NCBI GenBank assembly: GCA_028534125.1
Contig: CM052832.1
Coordinates: 18,106,001-18,170,000, forward strand
DNA length: 64,000 nt
Direction of reading: 5' to 3'
From: Lama glama
Taxonomy: Eukaryota
Below are positions 62,150-64,000 of the stretch, piece after piece; position 1 is the stretch's first letter, and each line of letters opens with the position of its first letter. Made by a program: the position numbers and the translations under genes. The notes beneath the pieces were generated by a model, which worked only from the letters and a program-made list of their open reading frames with translations, did no database searches and was not told the DNA's origin.

Positions 62150-64000
62150 TAAAAATGGCCAGGTTATAATCCAACATTATTCAGCATAAGAAGAATGAAG
62201 AAAATCTTTATTAACTTGGAAAAAAGAACCAACAGATAACAATACTGACATGACACAGATTTTGGAATCCTCTGACAAATACCTTAAAGCAGTGATTTTT
62301 TCAGTGCTTTGAGAATTAGGGCTGAGAACGCTTTGAAATGAATAGAGTGTTAGAAAGTATTAACAAAAAAAAATGGGATATATAAATCCAAACTGAAACT
62401 TCAGAACTGAAAATGTATTAACCAAAATTATGAACAACACCTCAATGGATTGTCTTAATGGCAGAAAATGATTGAGAAAAAGTCAGTGAATGTGAAGATA
62501 GAACAATAGTAACTATCCAATCTAAAAATGACACAGTGAAAAGTGTATTTTGAAAGATGAACAGAGCCTCAGGGACAAATTGGAAAATAACAAACATCTT
62601 GTATTCACATCACTGTAGACACAAAACAAGAAAAGAAAGAGAACCTTAAAAATGGGAAAATTTTTTGAATTATTAGTGGCCAAAAACTTTCCAAATTTGG
62701 CAAAAGATCTAAACCAGATTCAAAATGTTCAGTAAATTTCAAGCAAGATAAACTCCAATAAATCCACAGTCAGACATATTACTATTAAACTGCTGGAAAC
62801 AAAAGGGAAATTTTTCTTGAAAGCAGCCAGAAGAAAACTCCAATCTGAATGGTTTTGGATTCCTCATCAGAAATCATAGAGGCCATAAAGAAATGATATG
62901 ACTATATTAAATACTGAAAGAAAAGACCAGAATGCTAATATAGCAAAATATTCACACAAAGAGGTAAAAAATATATTTTGATTTGGAGTTAAACTGAGAG
63001 AATCCATTGCTTGCAGAAGTGCTTAAAAAAAAAAAAAAACGTAAAGTTCTGAGACAAGAAAAATGATACCAGAAGGAAACTTAGAATAGCATGAATGAAT
63101 GAACAATAGCAGAGATAGGAAATATCTGGGTAAACATGACAGACTGTTATTCTCTTGAGTTCTGTAAAGTATGTTTGATGTTTGAAAGTGAAAATTATAA
63201 CATTATCTCATGGAGTTTTTATTATANNNNNNNNNNNNNNNNNNNNNNNNNNNNNNNNNNNNNNNNNNNNNNNNNNNNNNNNNNNNNNNNNNNNNNNNNN
63301 NNNNNNNNNNNNNNNNNNNNNNNNNNNNNNNNNNNNNNNNNNNNNNNNNNNNNNNNNNNNNNNNNNNNNNNNNNNNNNNNNNNNNNNNNNNNNNNNNNNN
63401 NNNNNNNNNNNNNNNNNNNNNNNNNNNNNNNNNNNNNNNNNNNNNNNNNNNNNNNNNNNNNNNNNNNNNNNNNNNNNNNNNNNNNNNNNNNNNNNNNNNN
63501 NNNNNNNNNNNNNNNNNNNNNNNNNNNNNNNNNNNNNNNNNNNNNNNNNNNNNNNNNNNNNNNNNNNNNNNNNNNNNNNNNNNNNNNNNNNNNNNNNNNN
63601 NNNNNNNNNNNNNNNNNNNNNNNNNNNNNNNNNNNNNNNNNNNNNNNNNNNNNNNNNNNNNNNNNNNNNNNNNNNNNNNNNNNNNNNNNNNNNNNNNNNN
63701 NNNNNNNNNNNNNNNNNNNNNNNNNNATGACAGACTGTTATTCTCTTGAGTTCTGTAAAGTATGTTTGATGTTTGAAAGTGAAAATTATAACATTATCTC
63801 ATGGAGTTTTTATTATATCTACATGTACTGTATATATAACATAAAGGGGTTATGGCCAAGGTACCTAATGGTGGTGATGTTTCTAAACTCAACATGAATG
63901 GTAATTTATTGATTCTAAATATATTGTGAAATGTTAAGGATATGTATGGTAATCAAGAGACTACCTACTAACAATATTTAAATAAGCCAAGTGAAGGTAG
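62150..64000 (+). mobile_element. Old L1M remnant (ORF1 and inter-ORF region)
   Basis: A-rich sense L1 ORF1-type phrases (gaacagagcctcagggac, aactttccaaatttgg, ttcctcatcagaaatcatagaggcc). Many stops. Confidence 0.75.
63227..63726. other. Assembly gap (500 N)
   Basis: N run flanked by an identical 91-bp sequence on both sides. Confidence 1.

Larger units (their letters stand above)
45200..64000 (+). repeat. Diverged tandem array of Met-Val-Ala tRNA cassettes (units ~45200-50170, ~50170-56460, ~56520-63000; a fourth probably starts ~63090)
   Basis: Shared anchors recur in the same order, e.g. tccttgtccatatctatccttccagctccagaggtctg at ~45844, ~50798 and ~57624, each followed by Met-CAT then Val-AAC. 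Confidence 0.93.

Noticed and set aside
61692..62177. 161-aa minus-strand ORF
   Set aside because: Lies just upstream of the L1 ORF1 remnant (probably antisense L1 5' region); no recognisable domain.
63136..63897. Long ORFs with a duplicated peptide
   Set aside because: Artefact of the gap and the duplicated overlap.
45200..64000. CRISPR-like or other prokaryotic repeat system
   Set aside because: The repeats are multi-kb diverged segmental units in mammalian DNA. There is no short repeat-spacer pattern and no cas or operon-like ORFs.

Overview
Mammalian genomic DNA, not prokaryotic. It is probably camelid, judging from a tRNA-Ala-derived SINE that resembles vic-1 and from artiodactyl-type L1 3' ends; this assignment is from memory and unverified. 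The window is a tRNA gene cluster whose content resembles the extended-MHC tRNA supercluster (human 6p22 / mouse chr13). I find 20 tRNA loci: Ile-AAT x2, Val-CAC, Arg-ACG, Val-TAC, Thr-AGT (cut by a gap), Ser-GCT x2, Pro-CGG, intron-containing Ile-TAT, Met-CAT x3, Val-AAC x3, Ala-AGC x2, and two decayed copies (Ala-TGC-like, and Arg-ACG mutated to ATG). The only convincing protein-coding gene is an intact 299-aa vomeronasal type-1 receptor (31651-32550, +). The last ~19 kb is a diverged tandem array of Met-Val-Ala tRNA cassettes with three copies and the start of a probable fourth. The rest is L1/L2/MIR remnants, solo ERV LTRs, microsatellites and two 500-N gaps. I see no evidence of a new multi-gene system. 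The most interesting points are anticodon-switched and compensatorily evolving tRNA isodecoders, the cassette array, the intact V1R with a duplicated candidate 5' exon, and a long inverted repeat.
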